A stretch of 32,404 nucleotides of DNA. Source: Steroidobacteraceae bacterium (GTDB lineage Bacteria > Pseudomonadota > Gammaproteobacteria > Steroidobacterales > Steroidobacteraceae). The stretch spans positions 1 to 32,404 of the forward strand of contig DATHFW010000246.1 in assembly GCA_035317945.1 (NCBI GenBank), written 5' to 3'. Below, piece after piece: positions 7,824 through 16,058 of this stretch (positions are counted from its first letter, which is position 1; the number at the start of each line of letters is the position of its first letter). The position numbers and the translations under genes were made by a program. A model generated the notes under the pieces. It worked only from the letters and a program-made list of their open reading frames with translations, ran no database searches and was not told the origin of the DNA.

Positions 7824-8662
7824 TGCTGGACCCCCATTTCAATCCGGTGATTCGGGTGCGCGGCCTGCACAACCGCTTCGGCGCCCAGGTGGTGCACGAT
7901 GGACTGGACATGGAAGTGCAGCAGAACGAGATATTCGGCGTGGTGGGCGGTTCCGGAACCGGGAAGTCGGTGCTGTTGCGATCGATACTCGGGCTGATGC
8001 ACCCCGCGAGCGGCAGCGTGGAGTTGTACGGGCGGGATGTGGAAAGCCTGGCGGTCGCGGACCGGGCTAGTCTGGTGCAAAGTTATGGCGTGACCTTCCA
8101 AAATGGCGCGCTGATCAGCTCTCTGACCGTGGCCCAGAACGTGCAGCTGCCGCTCAGGGAACATTATTCATTGTCGGAGAAGACTCTGGATGAATTGGCG
8201 GAGATGAATCTGCTCATGGTGGGGCTATCGCCCGACTCCGGGGCAAAATTTCCTTCGCAATTGTCCGGTGGAATGATCAAACGCGCCGCATTGGCCCGGG
8301 CGCTGGCCCTGGAACCCAAACTCTTGCTTCTCGACGAGCCGACGGCGGGTCTCGATCCGATTTCCGCCACAGCCTTCGATGAGCTACTGTTGTATCTTCA
8401 TTCGCAACTGCGGCTCACGGTTGTCATGATCACCCACGATCTCGATACGTTGTTTCAGACCTGCAGCCGCGTCGGCGTGATCGTGGACGGACACATGATC
8501 AGCGATACGCTGCCGGGCATGCTCAAAAATACGCATCCCTGGATTCAGGAATATTTCCACGGCCCGCGTGCCCGCGCCGCCGAAAAAGAAGCGGCGGGCA
8601 AGGACACGGCGGACAAGGACACGGCGGACAAGGACACGGCGGACAAGGAAGCCCGTGGATAG
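7823..8662 (+). CDS. MlaF-like ABC transporter ATP-binding protein with repetitive acidic C-terminal tail
   Basis: ATG 7823 shares one base with the permease TGA (TGATG). It has Walker A 'GGSGTGKS', signature 'LSGGMIKRA' and Walker B 'LLLLDEPTAGLD'. The tail is 'EKEAAGKDTADKDTADKDTADKEARG'. The ORF-track start at 7631 lies inside the permease gene. Confidence 0.92.
   Translation: MLDPHFNPVIRVRGLHNRFGAQVVHDGLDMEVQQNEIFGVVGGSGTGKSVLLRSILGLMHPASGSVELYGRDVESLAVADRASLVQSYGVTFQNGALISSLTVAQNVQLPLREHYSLSEKTLDELAEMNLLMVGLSPDSGAKFPSQLSGGMIKRAALARALALEPKLLLLDEPTAGLDPISATAFDELLLYLHSQLRLTVVMITHDLDTLFQTCSRVGVIVDGHMISDTLPGMLKNTHPWIQEYFHGPRARAAEKEAAGKDTADKDTADKDTADKEARG
8596..8650 (+). repeat. 15-bp tandem repeat, about 3.7 copies (ggacaaggacacggc)
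   Basis: Direct reading gives gggcaaggacacggc / ggacaaggacacggc / ggacaaggacacggc / ggacaaggaa. A degenerate copy precedes at 8581-8595. The repeat is in frame and encodes the (G/D)KDTA pentapeptide of the ATPase tail. Confidence 0.95.
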
Positions 8663-9590
8663 AGACTCGAACTACGTCGCCGTCGGCGCTTTTGTACTGC
8701 TGGTCATCGCCATGGCGGTGTCGTTTGTGTTTTGGTACACCGAACAGCAGGACAAACGCAGCTATCAGCGCTACGAGATTTATTTTCCGGGATCCGTGAG
8801 CGGACTCACCGCCGGCAGTCCGGTGCGATACTTGGGCGTCGATGTCGGCAAGGTGGCGCGCATCATGCTGGACCCGCTGCAGCACAAGACCGTGCAGGTG
8901 ATCGCCGATATCGACTCGACGGCGCCGATCGATGATCGAACCCGCGCGTCCTTGAGTCTGCAGGGCGTTACGGGTCTCCTGTTCGTGGACCTGGAGCAGG
9001 ACCCGAAAGCCGAATCGACGGGCGCCCTGGAACAGGGGCAGCGTTATCCCCTGATTCGCTCGCGGCGCTCCGACTTCGATGTGCTGCTCAGCAATCTGCC
9101 GGCGCTGACCACACACCTGGTGGAATTGGCGGACCATTTCAATCAAGTCTTCAGCGACGAGAACGTGCGCTCGCTCAAGGCCACTCTCGACAATGCCCGC
9201 CTTGCGAGCGAGCGACTGCCGAACACGGTGCGCGAAGTTCAGCTGTTGGTCGCGGACGTGCGGCGCACCACCCAAGAGGTCGAAGGAACGATGGCTGACC
9301 TGCGAGGCGTCATCCAACAGGACTCGCCCGATCTGAAGGCGGCCGTGGCGAATATCCGGCAGATCTCGGACAACCTCGCGAAAACCACGCTGCGCCTCAA
9401 TAGTTTCGTGGCCGAGAACGAACCCGACGTATCGCGCTTCACCCGTCAGAGCCTGCCGGAATTTGAACAGCTGCTGCGCGAGAGCCGGCAGGCGGTACGG
9501 GATTTTCGAGATTTGTCGCGCAGCTTGAAGCGCGATCCGTCGCAGTTGATTTATGAGTCCACTTACCGCGGAATCGAGGTGCCAAGGTGA
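8655..9590 (+). CDS. MlaD/MCE-family periplasmic substrate-binding protein with long helical C-terminal extension
   Basis: GTG 8655 is preceded by AAGGAA-N4 and overlaps the ATPase stop by 8 nt. The N-terminus '(M)DRDSNYVAVGAFVLLVIAMAVSFVFW' is the canonical MCE TM anchor, and 'VRYLGVDVGKV' is the MCE core. An alternative GTG at 8568 would add a poly-Arg/Thr N-tail. Confidence 0.88.
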   Translation: MDRDSNYVAVGAFVLLVIAMAVSFVFWYTEQQDKRSYQRYEIYFPGSVSGLTAGSPVRYLGVDVGKVARIMLDPLQHKTVQVIADIDSTAPIDDRTRASLSLQGVTGLLFVDLEQDPKAESTGALEQGQRYPLIRSRRSDFDVLLSNLPALTTHLVELADHFNQVFSDENVRSLKATLDNARLASERLPNTVREVQLLVADVRRTTQEVEGTMADLRGVIQQDSPDLKAAVANIRQISDNLAKTTLRLNSFVAENEPDVSRFTRQSLPEFEQLLRESRQAVRDFRDLSRSLKRDPSQLIYESTYRGIEVPR

Positions 9591-10210
9591 AGCGTTTGGC
9601 CCTGCCGTTGTTGATGGCCCTGCTGACGGCTTGCGCGGGATCGTTGTTCAAGAATAAGGCGGCTCCGCCGACCATGTACCTGTTGTCGGCGACGCCGCAA
9701 GCCTCGGCAGCGGAGTCGGCGAAAACACCGCCCGCGCCCATCGACGTGGCAGTCCTCAAGCTGCGGGTGCGCGCAGGACTCGACACGGATCGCATCGCGG
9801 CGCTCTATCCGGACCGGCGCATGGAATATTTCGCCGACGTGCGGTGGAGCGGACCGCTCGATGAAGTATTGCAGGACCTGGCGGTGCAGCAGTTTCACGC
9901 GAATCCCGGACTGCGCAATGTGAGTGCGGATGCATCGGTGTTCGCGAGCACCTACTGGCTGGAGATCGAGGTCGCGGATTTCCAGGCGGAATATGCCGCC
10001 GGCGCCTCGGCGCCGACGGTGCATGTGCATTTGCTGGCGCGCGTCGGCAATGCAGGCGATCGGCATGTCCTGGCGCGCTTCGAGCCGGACATCCATGAAG
10101 CCGCGGCCGACAATCGCATGACCGCCATCGTGGATGCCTATAATCGCGCCGCCGACAAGGCACTCGCCGAGATTGCGGCGGGTACTGCCCAGGCCTTGAG
10201 CGCCAAATAG
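9587..10210 (+). CDS. ABC-type transport auxiliary lipoprotein (YmbA/DUF330-like, LinN-type)
   Basis: GTG 9587 overlaps the MCE gene stop (GTGA). The signal peptide has a lipobox, 'MKRLALPLLMALLTAC'. Its size and its position as fourth gene of an Mce-type operon fit this family. Confidence 0.8.
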   Translation: MKRLALPLLMALLTACAGSLFKNKAAPPTMYLLSATPQASAAESAKTPPAPIDVAVLKLRVRAGLDTDRIAALYPDRRMEYFADVRWSGPLDEVLQDLAVQQFHANPGLRNVSADASVFASTYWLEIEVADFQAEYAAGASAPTVHVHLLARVGNAGDRHVLARFEPDIHEAAADNRMTAIVDAYNRAADKALAEIAAGTAQALSAK

Positions 10211-10218
10211 CAAGGCTC

Positions 10219-12150
10219 CTAGATCCCGGTCTTTGCTTCTTCGGCTTCGATGGCGGTGCCGATTTCCATCCACTGTGTTTCGAGGTAAGCCGCATCTCGC
10301 TGCAGGTTCGCGCGCCGCAACGCAAGCCTGTTCTCGAGCGGATCGGCGGCAAGCTCCACGTCGAGCAGGGAGCGCTCGGCAGCGACCGCAGAGATCTGCG
10401 CCTCGACTTGCCCGAGTTGCTGCCGCAGCCGCGTCAGCGGATCACGGCGCGGCGCCTTCTTTTCAGCGGCCGCTTTGACAGCCGCGGATTTTTTTCCGCT
10501 ACCCATGCCTGCGCGCGCAGGTGCGCGTGGTGGCCCCGGTGCGGACTGCGATGTCTTGCCGCGCGAGCGAAGCCACTGCTGGTAGTCGTCGAGGTCGCCG
10601 GCGAATTCCTGCAATTTTCCGTCCGCCACCAGCCACAGCGTATCGGCCACGGATTTGATCAAATGACGGTCGTGCGAGACTACGACCAGGCCGCCCTCGA
10701 AACTCTGGAGTGCAACGCCGAGAGCTTGCCGCATCTCGATGTCCAGGTGGTTGGTCGGCTCGTCGAGCAGCAGTAAATTGGGCCGCCGCGCGACCAGCAG
10801 GGCGAGGGTCAGGCGCGCTTTTTCACCGCCGGAGAATCGGCCGACCGGTTCGAAGGCGCGATCTCCTTGAAAACCAAAGCTCCCCAGGTGGTCGCGTATC
10901 TTTTGCTCGTCACCGGCGGCATAGTCCGGGCCGCCGAGATTGCGCAGATGCCAAAACGCGTCGCAGTCGGGCTTGAGTTGTTCCAACTGATGCTGTGCAA
11001 AATAGCCGATGGCGAGGTCCGGCGCCGCGGTGCGTTTGCCCGTTAGCGGAGCGATTTCGCCGGCCAACAGTTTGGTCAAAGTCGACTTGCCGGCGCCGTT
11101 CGGTCCGAGCAGTGCAATGCGATCCAAAGGACCGATCGACGCATTGATGCCGCCGACGATCTGTACCGTCTCGCGCACACCGGCGTAGCCGCATGCGGCG
11201 TCTTCCACGGTAAGCAGCGGCCGCGGTGTTTTCAGGGGCCGCGCAAACTCAAATTCAAATGGGCTGTCGACGTGAGCCGGAACGATGCGTTCCATCCGCT
11301 CGAGCATCTTCAAGCGGCTCTGGGCCTGGCGCGATTTGGTGGCGGATGCACGGAAGCGATTCACGAAAGCCGTGATTTCCGCTATGCGCTTCACTTGCCG
11401 CGCGTGCAGAGCCGACAGCAAGGCCAGCTCCTCCGAGCGCTTCTGTTCGAATTGCGAGTAGTTGCCGGCGTACGCGCGGATGGTTCGATTCTCGATGTGC
11501 AGTACGCGATCGATGATCGAATCGAGGAATTCGCGGTCATGGGAAATCATCAAGAGAGTACCGGGATAGGCCGTCAGCCATTCCTCCAGCCAGACGATGG
11601 CATCGAGGTCCAAGTGATTCGTGGGTTCATCCAGCAGCAACAGGTCGGCCCGGGAACACAGCGCGCGCGCCACGCCCAAGCGCACGCGCCAGCCGCCCGA
11701 GAATTCGGCGACCGAGCGTTCGTGATCCGCCACCTTGAAGCCAAGGCCATGCATGATGGCCGCGGCGCGCGCTTTGGCGCGGTAGCCGTCGATGGCTTCC
11801 AACGAAGAATAGAGGTCGGCCAGCGCCATGGCGGCATCGCGCCTTTCGGCATCCTCGATCGCCGCCTGCACGCTGCGCAGCTCCGCATCGCCATCCAGCA
11901 CGAACTCAATAGCCGGCCTGTCGCTCGCGGCGATCTCTTGTTCGACGTGCGCCACGTTGAGTGCCGCAGGCAGCTCGATGCTGCCGCGATCGGCAGCCAG
12001 CCCGCCCAAGATCGCTGCAAACAGGCTCGACTTGCCGGTGCCGTTGGCGCCGGTGATCCCGACCTTGTTGCCGCGGAAGACGGTGAAGTCGACCTGCTCG
12101 AACAGCGGCTGCGGGCCGCGCCGCAGCGTCAGATCTCTCGCAATCAGCAT
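10219..12150 (-). CDS. yheS: ABC-F family ATPase (YheS-like translation factor type)
   Basis: 643 aa with two ABC cassettes and no TM segments. Cassette 1 has 'GANGTGKSSL', 'FSGGWRVRL' and 'LLLLDEPTNHLD'. Cassette 2 has 'GPNGAGKSTL', 'FSGGEKARL' and 'LLLLDEPTNHLD'. A basic linker and a C-terminal coiled coil are present. Confidence 0.88.
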   Translation of the reverse strand: MLIARDLTLRRGPQPLFEQVDFTVFRGNKVGITGANGTGKSSLFAAILGGLAADRGSIELPAALNVAHVEQEIAASDRPAIEFVLDGDAELRSVQAAIEDAERRDAAMALADLYSSLEAIDGYRAKARAAAIMHGLGFKVADHERSVAEFSGGWRVRLGVARALCSRADLLLLDEPTNHLDLDAIVWLEEWLTAYPGTLLMISHDREFLDSIIDRVLHIENRTIRAYAGNYSQFEQKRSEELALLSALHARQVKRIAEITAFVNRFRASATKSRQAQSRLKMLERMERIVPAHVDSPFEFEFARPLKTPRPLLTVEDAACGYAGVRETVQIVGGINASIGPLDRIALLGPNGAGKSTLTKLLAGEIAPLTGKRTAAPDLAIGYFAQHQLEQLKPDCDAFWHLRNLGGPDYAAGDEQKIRDHLGSFGFQGDRAFEPVGRFSGGEKARLTLALLVARRPNLLLLDEPTNHLDIEMRQALGVALQSFEGGLVVVSHDRHLIKSVADTLWLVADGKLQEFAGDLDDYQQWLRSRGKTSQSAPGPPRAPARAGMGSGKKSAAVKAAAEKKAPRRDPLTRLRQQLGQVEAQISAVAAERSLLDVELAADPLENRLALRRANLQRDAAYLETQWMEIGTAIEAEEAKTGI

Positions 12151-12159
12151 CGAAAATCG

Positions 12160-14613
12160 TTACGACGAGAGCAGCATCGGCCGCAGCACCGTCGGCGCGC
12201 ACAGGTTGCCGTGGTGCGGCGCGCCGCCTTCCTGGCCGGCGAGAATACCGAGCAATTTATTCGCTTCCATGGCGTCGCCGAACAATCGGCCCTGGGCGTA
12301 GTAGCAACCGTGGGTACGCAGGAATTCGAGCTGCTCGGCTTCCTCCACGCCCTCGGCGATGACCTCTAGATCGAGACTCTTGCCCATGTCGATGATGGTG
12401 CGCACGATGGCCGCGTCGTTCGTGTCCACCGCGACGTCGCGGACGAATGACTGGTCGATTTTCAACGTGCCGATGGGAAACTGCTGCAAGGCGGAGAGCG
12501 AGGAGTAGCCGGTGCCGAAGTCGTCGATGGCGAGGCTCAAGCCCATGGCGTACAGCTCATTGAGAAGGCCGATCGTGCGCTTGGGGTCGGTCATCAAGGT
12601 GGTTTCGGTCACTTCCAGCTCGAAGCACGTCGGCGACACGCCATGCTTGCGAAACACGCTGCGGCAGCGTGAGATGAAGCTTGCCTGTTTGAGTTGCCGC
12701 AAGGACAGATTGATCGCGATTCGGCCGGGATGCGGCACGACTTTCTGCCATTGGCGGTAGTCGGCGCAGACGCGATTCAGCACCCACTCGCCGATATCCA
12801 AAATCAAACTGGTTTCCTCGGCCAGAGGTATGAAGTGCGAGGGAGAAATATCGCCGTGTCCGGGAAGGCGCCAGCGCAGCAGGGCCTCCGCGCCGACCAC
12901 GCGTCCGGTGCGCAAATCCACTTTTGATTGATACAGAATGACCAGCTCGTCGCGCTCCAGCGCGCGGCGCAGCTTGCTCTTCAGCATGAGCCTTTCGACG
13001 GCCGCGGCGTTCATGCTGGGCACGTAGAACGCGCAAGAATTGCCGCCATTTTGCTTGGAGTGATACATCGCCGCATCCGCATTGCGGATCAGATCGATCA
13101 CGTTCTCGGCATCATAGGGGCAGATTGCGACGCCGGCGCTGGCAGTGAGATAGACCTCCTGCTGATTCACGTAGAACGTGCGGCTGATTTCATCGAGCAA
13201 TGTCCGGGCCAGGGTTCCCAATGCCGCGCGGTTGTCGGTGTCCACCGGCAGATCGTCGATGAACATGGCGAACTCATCGCCCGCCAACCGGCCGATCACC
13301 GCGTCCTTGCTCAAATTCCGCGTGAGCCGTTCGCTCAAGATCTCGAGAGTGCGGTCGCCGGCGGCGTGGCCAAAGGTGTCGTTGACTTCTTTGAACCGGT
13401 CCAAGTCCAGGTACAGCAGCGCGAGGGAGCGTTGGTTGCGCCGCGCGCGCGCAATGGCTTGCTGCAACAAGTGCTGGAACTGCATGCGATTCGGCATTTT
13501 CGTGAGCGTGTCGTAGCGCGCCAGGTAGCGGATGCGGCGCTCGGCGCGCTTGCGTTCGGTGATGTTGCGCGCGACGAAAATATTGCCTTGAAACTGCGGA
13601 TCTTCGGAGTCGATCGCAGAACTCGCCATGGAAACAGGGATGGTCTGTCCGCTGGCGGTGCGCAGCACCGTCTCACGCGCTTCCTGCGCGGGTTGGGCCA
13701 CGTCAAAGGCAGTGCGATGCACCTCATCGATGAAACCGACCAACGGCTTGCCGACCAATTCATCCGACGCATAGCCCAACAGCAGCTGAGCGGCCTCATT
13801 GCAGCTTTTGACGAGGCCGTCCGGAGAGGTGACGAAAACGGCGTCGCTCAAGCTGTTGAGCACCGTGTTCAGATAATTCTTGGTGATCGTGGTTTCGTTC
13901 AGGTTTTGCCGCATGCGCTCGAGCGCAAATTGCAGATCCCCGAGCTCGTCGCGGCGCACGACTGCGAGCGGCCGCGTGTAGTCGCCGTCGCCGATTCGAT
14001 CGGCGCTCTTCACCAGTGCCGCAATCGGACTGGAGAGCTGGCGGGCAATGAACCAAGCGACGAGCAATCCTAAAATCACCAGCGGCAACGTGATGCCTGC
14101 GAGCACGCCGCGAACGCGCTTGCTCTGCACGCCCTGCTTGCTCAGCAACTGCGCGTGGATGCTGGAAAGAGTCTCTTGCATCTGAGCGCGGCTCATCCAA
14201 ATTTCGAGAGCGCCGGCGCCCTGCATCTCGGTGCGCAGAACGAAAGGACCTGCGGTGGTCGGCCGCACCTCCGGGTTGCTGCCGGAGTAAAGAATATTTT
14301 CGCGTGCGCCCCATATCTCGACGCGTTCGATGTCGCGATCATCGAGCAATCTGGCGGCGATCGCGGCAACGGCTGCGTTGTTGCCCGCCTTGAGCGCCGG
14401 CGCGAGGGTGGAGCTGGTGATGTTGCTCAAGGAGCGGCCGCGCGCCTCGAGGTCGGACTCCAGCTTCTGCTGGACCGTGGCATAGGTGAGCTGATTGGCG
14501 TCGGCCGTATTGACGCGGTGCTCGTAATAGGCGAGGCCGCCCATAATCAGCGCCAGCACGGCGCTGACCCCCAGGGCAAGGAGCAAATAACTAGTTTTAA
14601 GGCTGCGCGCCAT
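12160..14613 (-). CDS. membrane-bound HAMP-PAS-GGDEF-EAL c-di-GMP turnover protein
   Basis: ATG 14613 gives 'MARSLKTSYLLLALGVSAVLALIMGG' (TM1), then a periplasmic segment of about 140 aa, TM2, HAMP and PAS. The GGDEF domain has the variant 'RLAGDEF' (13270-13284). The EAL domain is intact ('GAEALLRW', 'DDFGTGYSS', 'KIDQSF', 'AEGVE'). Confidence 0.9.
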   Translation of the reverse strand: MARSLKTSYLLLALGVSAVLALIMGGLAYYEHRVNTADANQLTYATVQQKLESDLEARGRSLSNITSSTLAPALKAGNNAAVAAIAARLLDDRDIERVEIWGARENILYSGSNPEVRPTTAGPFVLRTEMQGAGALEIWMSRAQMQETLSSIHAQLLSKQGVQSKRVRGVLAGITLPLVILGLLVAWFIARQLSSPIAALVKSADRIGDGDYTRPLAVVRRDELGDLQFALERMRQNLNETTITKNYLNTVLNSLSDAVFVTSPDGLVKSCNEAAQLLLGYASDELVGKPLVGFIDEVHRTAFDVAQPAQEARETVLRTASGQTIPVSMASSAIDSEDPQFQGNIFVARNITERKRAERRIRYLARYDTLTKMPNRMQFQHLLQQAIARARRNQRSLALLYLDLDRFKEVNDTFGHAAGDRTLEILSERLTRNLSKDAVIGRLAGDEFAMFIDDLPVDTDNRAALGTLARTLLDEISRTFYVNQQEVYLTASAGVAICPYDAENVIDLIRNADAAMYHSKQNGGNSCAFYVPSMNAAAVERLMLKSKLRRALERDELVILYQSKVDLRTGRVVGAEALLRWRLPGHGDISPSHFIPLAEETSLILDIGEWVLNRVCADYRQWQKVVPHPGRIAINLSLRQLKQASFISRCRSVFRKHGVSPTCFELEVTETTLMTDPKRTIGLLNELYAMGLSLAIDDFGTGYSSLSALQQFPIGTLKIDQSFVRDVAVDTNDAAIVRTIIDMGKSLDLEVIAEGVEEAEQLEFLRTHGCYYAQGRLFGDAMEANKLLGILAGQEGGAPHHGNLCAPTVLRPMLLSS

Positions 14614-14699
14614 TGATTGTCCCAGTCCCCCGTCTCTTAACCGATAATCATACCCGTTCAGGGCAACCCCCATAAGGGGCGAGGGTACAATCAGGGCTC

Positions 14700-15350
14700 A
14701 TGCGTATTGACATATATTCCGACACGGTCTGCCCGTGGTGTTATTTAGGGAAGCGCCGCTTCGACCTGGCGGTGGCGGCGCGCCCGCAATACGAGCCCAT
14801 TGTCGTCTGGCGGCCGTTCGAGCTCAATCCCGACGTGCCCGTAGAAGGTGTCGACCGTGAGACCTACATGGCGGCCAAAATGCCGGATCAAGTCCACCTG
14901 GAACAGTCGCATGCGGAACTCGAGCGCCAAGGGGAGGCGAGCGGCATTCGATACCGCTTCGATCTGATCAATCGCGTCCCGAATACCCGCCGCTCTCATC
15001 TCTTGATCGCCCATGCAGCGCGGCGCGGCCTGCAAGCAGAGGTCAAGGACCGCATCATGCGCGCCTACTTCGAGGAGGGCTGCGACATCGGCGAACCGGA
15101 CGAACTGGTGCGCTTGGGCAGCGAGGTCGGCTTGAACGCGGCGGACGCCCGCAACGCAGTGATTCTGCGGATTGGCCAGGATGGCGTGGTTGCCGCCGAG
15201 CGCCACGCGGCGGTTTTGGGAATTACCGGCGTGCCCACCTATATTTTCGACGGCCAATACACGATTTCCGGCGCGCAGGAAGTGGGCGTTCTCGCCCGGG
15301 TGTTCGATCAAGTGGCTGATTTTGCCTCCGCCCGCGGCGTAGCCTCATGA
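14700..15350 (+). CDS. DsbA-family (FrnE-like) thiol:disulfide oxidoreductase, cytoplasmic type
   Basis: 216 aa. 'IDIYSDTVCPWCYLGKRRF' carries a CPWC active site. No signal peptide is visible. Confidence 0.85.
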   Translation: MRIDIYSDTVCPWCYLGKRRFDLAVAARPQYEPIVVWRPFELNPDVPVEGVDRETYMAAKMPDQVHLEQSHAELERQGEASGIRYRFDLINRVPNTRRSHLLIAHAARRGLQAEVKDRIMRAYFEEGCDIGEPDELVRLGSEVGLNAADARNAVILRIGQDGVVAAERHAAVLGITGVPTYIFDGQYTISGAQEVGVLARVFDQVADFASARGVAS

Positions 15351-16021
15351 ATGATGGCGAACTGACGGGGCAAGCGCGTACCCATATTTCGGCCGTTGCC
15401 GATCCGCAGTGCCAGTTGCACGCGCAGGTGGTGATGCCCTTCCTCAATTTACGCCGCGCGGCCGAGGCCGATGGCATCGATCTGGTGCCGATGAGCAGTT
15501 TCCGCGACTTTGGCCGTCAGCTGGCCATCTGGAACGGAAAATTCAGCGGCGAAAGGCCCATGTACGATGCGGCCGGGCTCGCGCTCGACACCGGCGCGCT
15601 GACGCCTGCGGAGCGGATCGATGCCATTTTGCTGTGGTCGGCTCTGCCGGGCGCCAGCCGGCATCATTGGGGCACGGATCTGGATCTGGTCGATGGCAAG
15701 GCTGCTGCCGCGGGATATCCGATCAAACTCACGCGCGAGGAATTTGCGCCCGGCGGGCCTTTTGCGGCGCTCGATCGGTGGTTGGAGGCGCAAGCCCCTC
15801 GTTTCGGTTTCTTTCGCCCCTTCAGGGGCGTGCGGTCCGGCGTGCAGCCCGAACCCTGGCATTTCAGCTTTGCGCCGATTGCCGAAAAGGCCCGGCGAAG
15901 TTTGGGCCCGGCAGTTTTGCGTGCGGCCATCGCCGGCGCGCCGCTATTGGGGAAGGAAGCCGTGCTCGCGCGTCTGGATGAGCTGCATGCTCGGTATGTT
16001 GCGAGGATCGACCTGCCATAA
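15347..16021 (+). CDS. M15-family zinc metallopeptidase (D-Ala-D-Ala carboxypeptidase/VanY-like fold)
   Basis: The ATG overlaps the upstream stop (ATGA). Motifs are 'SSFRDFGRQ', 'SRHHWGTDLDLVD' and 'EPWHFSF' (the H-x6-D plus H zinc-ligand pattern). No signal peptide is visible. Confidence 0.8.
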   Translation: MNDGELTGQARTHISAVADPQCQLHAQVVMPFLNLRRAAEADGIDLVPMSSFRDFGRQLAIWNGKFSGERPMYDAAGLALDTGALTPAERIDAILLWSALPGASRHHWGTDLDLVDGKAAAAGYPIKLTREEFAPGGPFAALDRWLEAQAPRFGFFRPFRGVRSGVQPEPWHFSFAPIAEKARRSLGPAVLRAAIAGAPLLGKEAVLARLDELHARYVARIDLP

Positions 16022-16058
16022 GGGTACTCGAACCGATCAGCATCCCGGTGCCGAGGTA

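Noticed and set aside
8596-8650. Short direct repeats considered as a possible CRISPR or mini-array
   Set aside because: The units are contiguous with no spacers, only 15 bp long, in frame within a coding sequence, and there are no cas genes. This is a coding tandem repeat.
11272-14073. Long plus-strand ORFs (11272-12369, 12928-14073) antisense to yheS and the GGDEF-EAL gene
   Set aside because: The opposite-strand genes have complete Walker/signature and GGDEF/EAL motifs. These ORFs have biased R/A/G/Q composition and no start-site signals.
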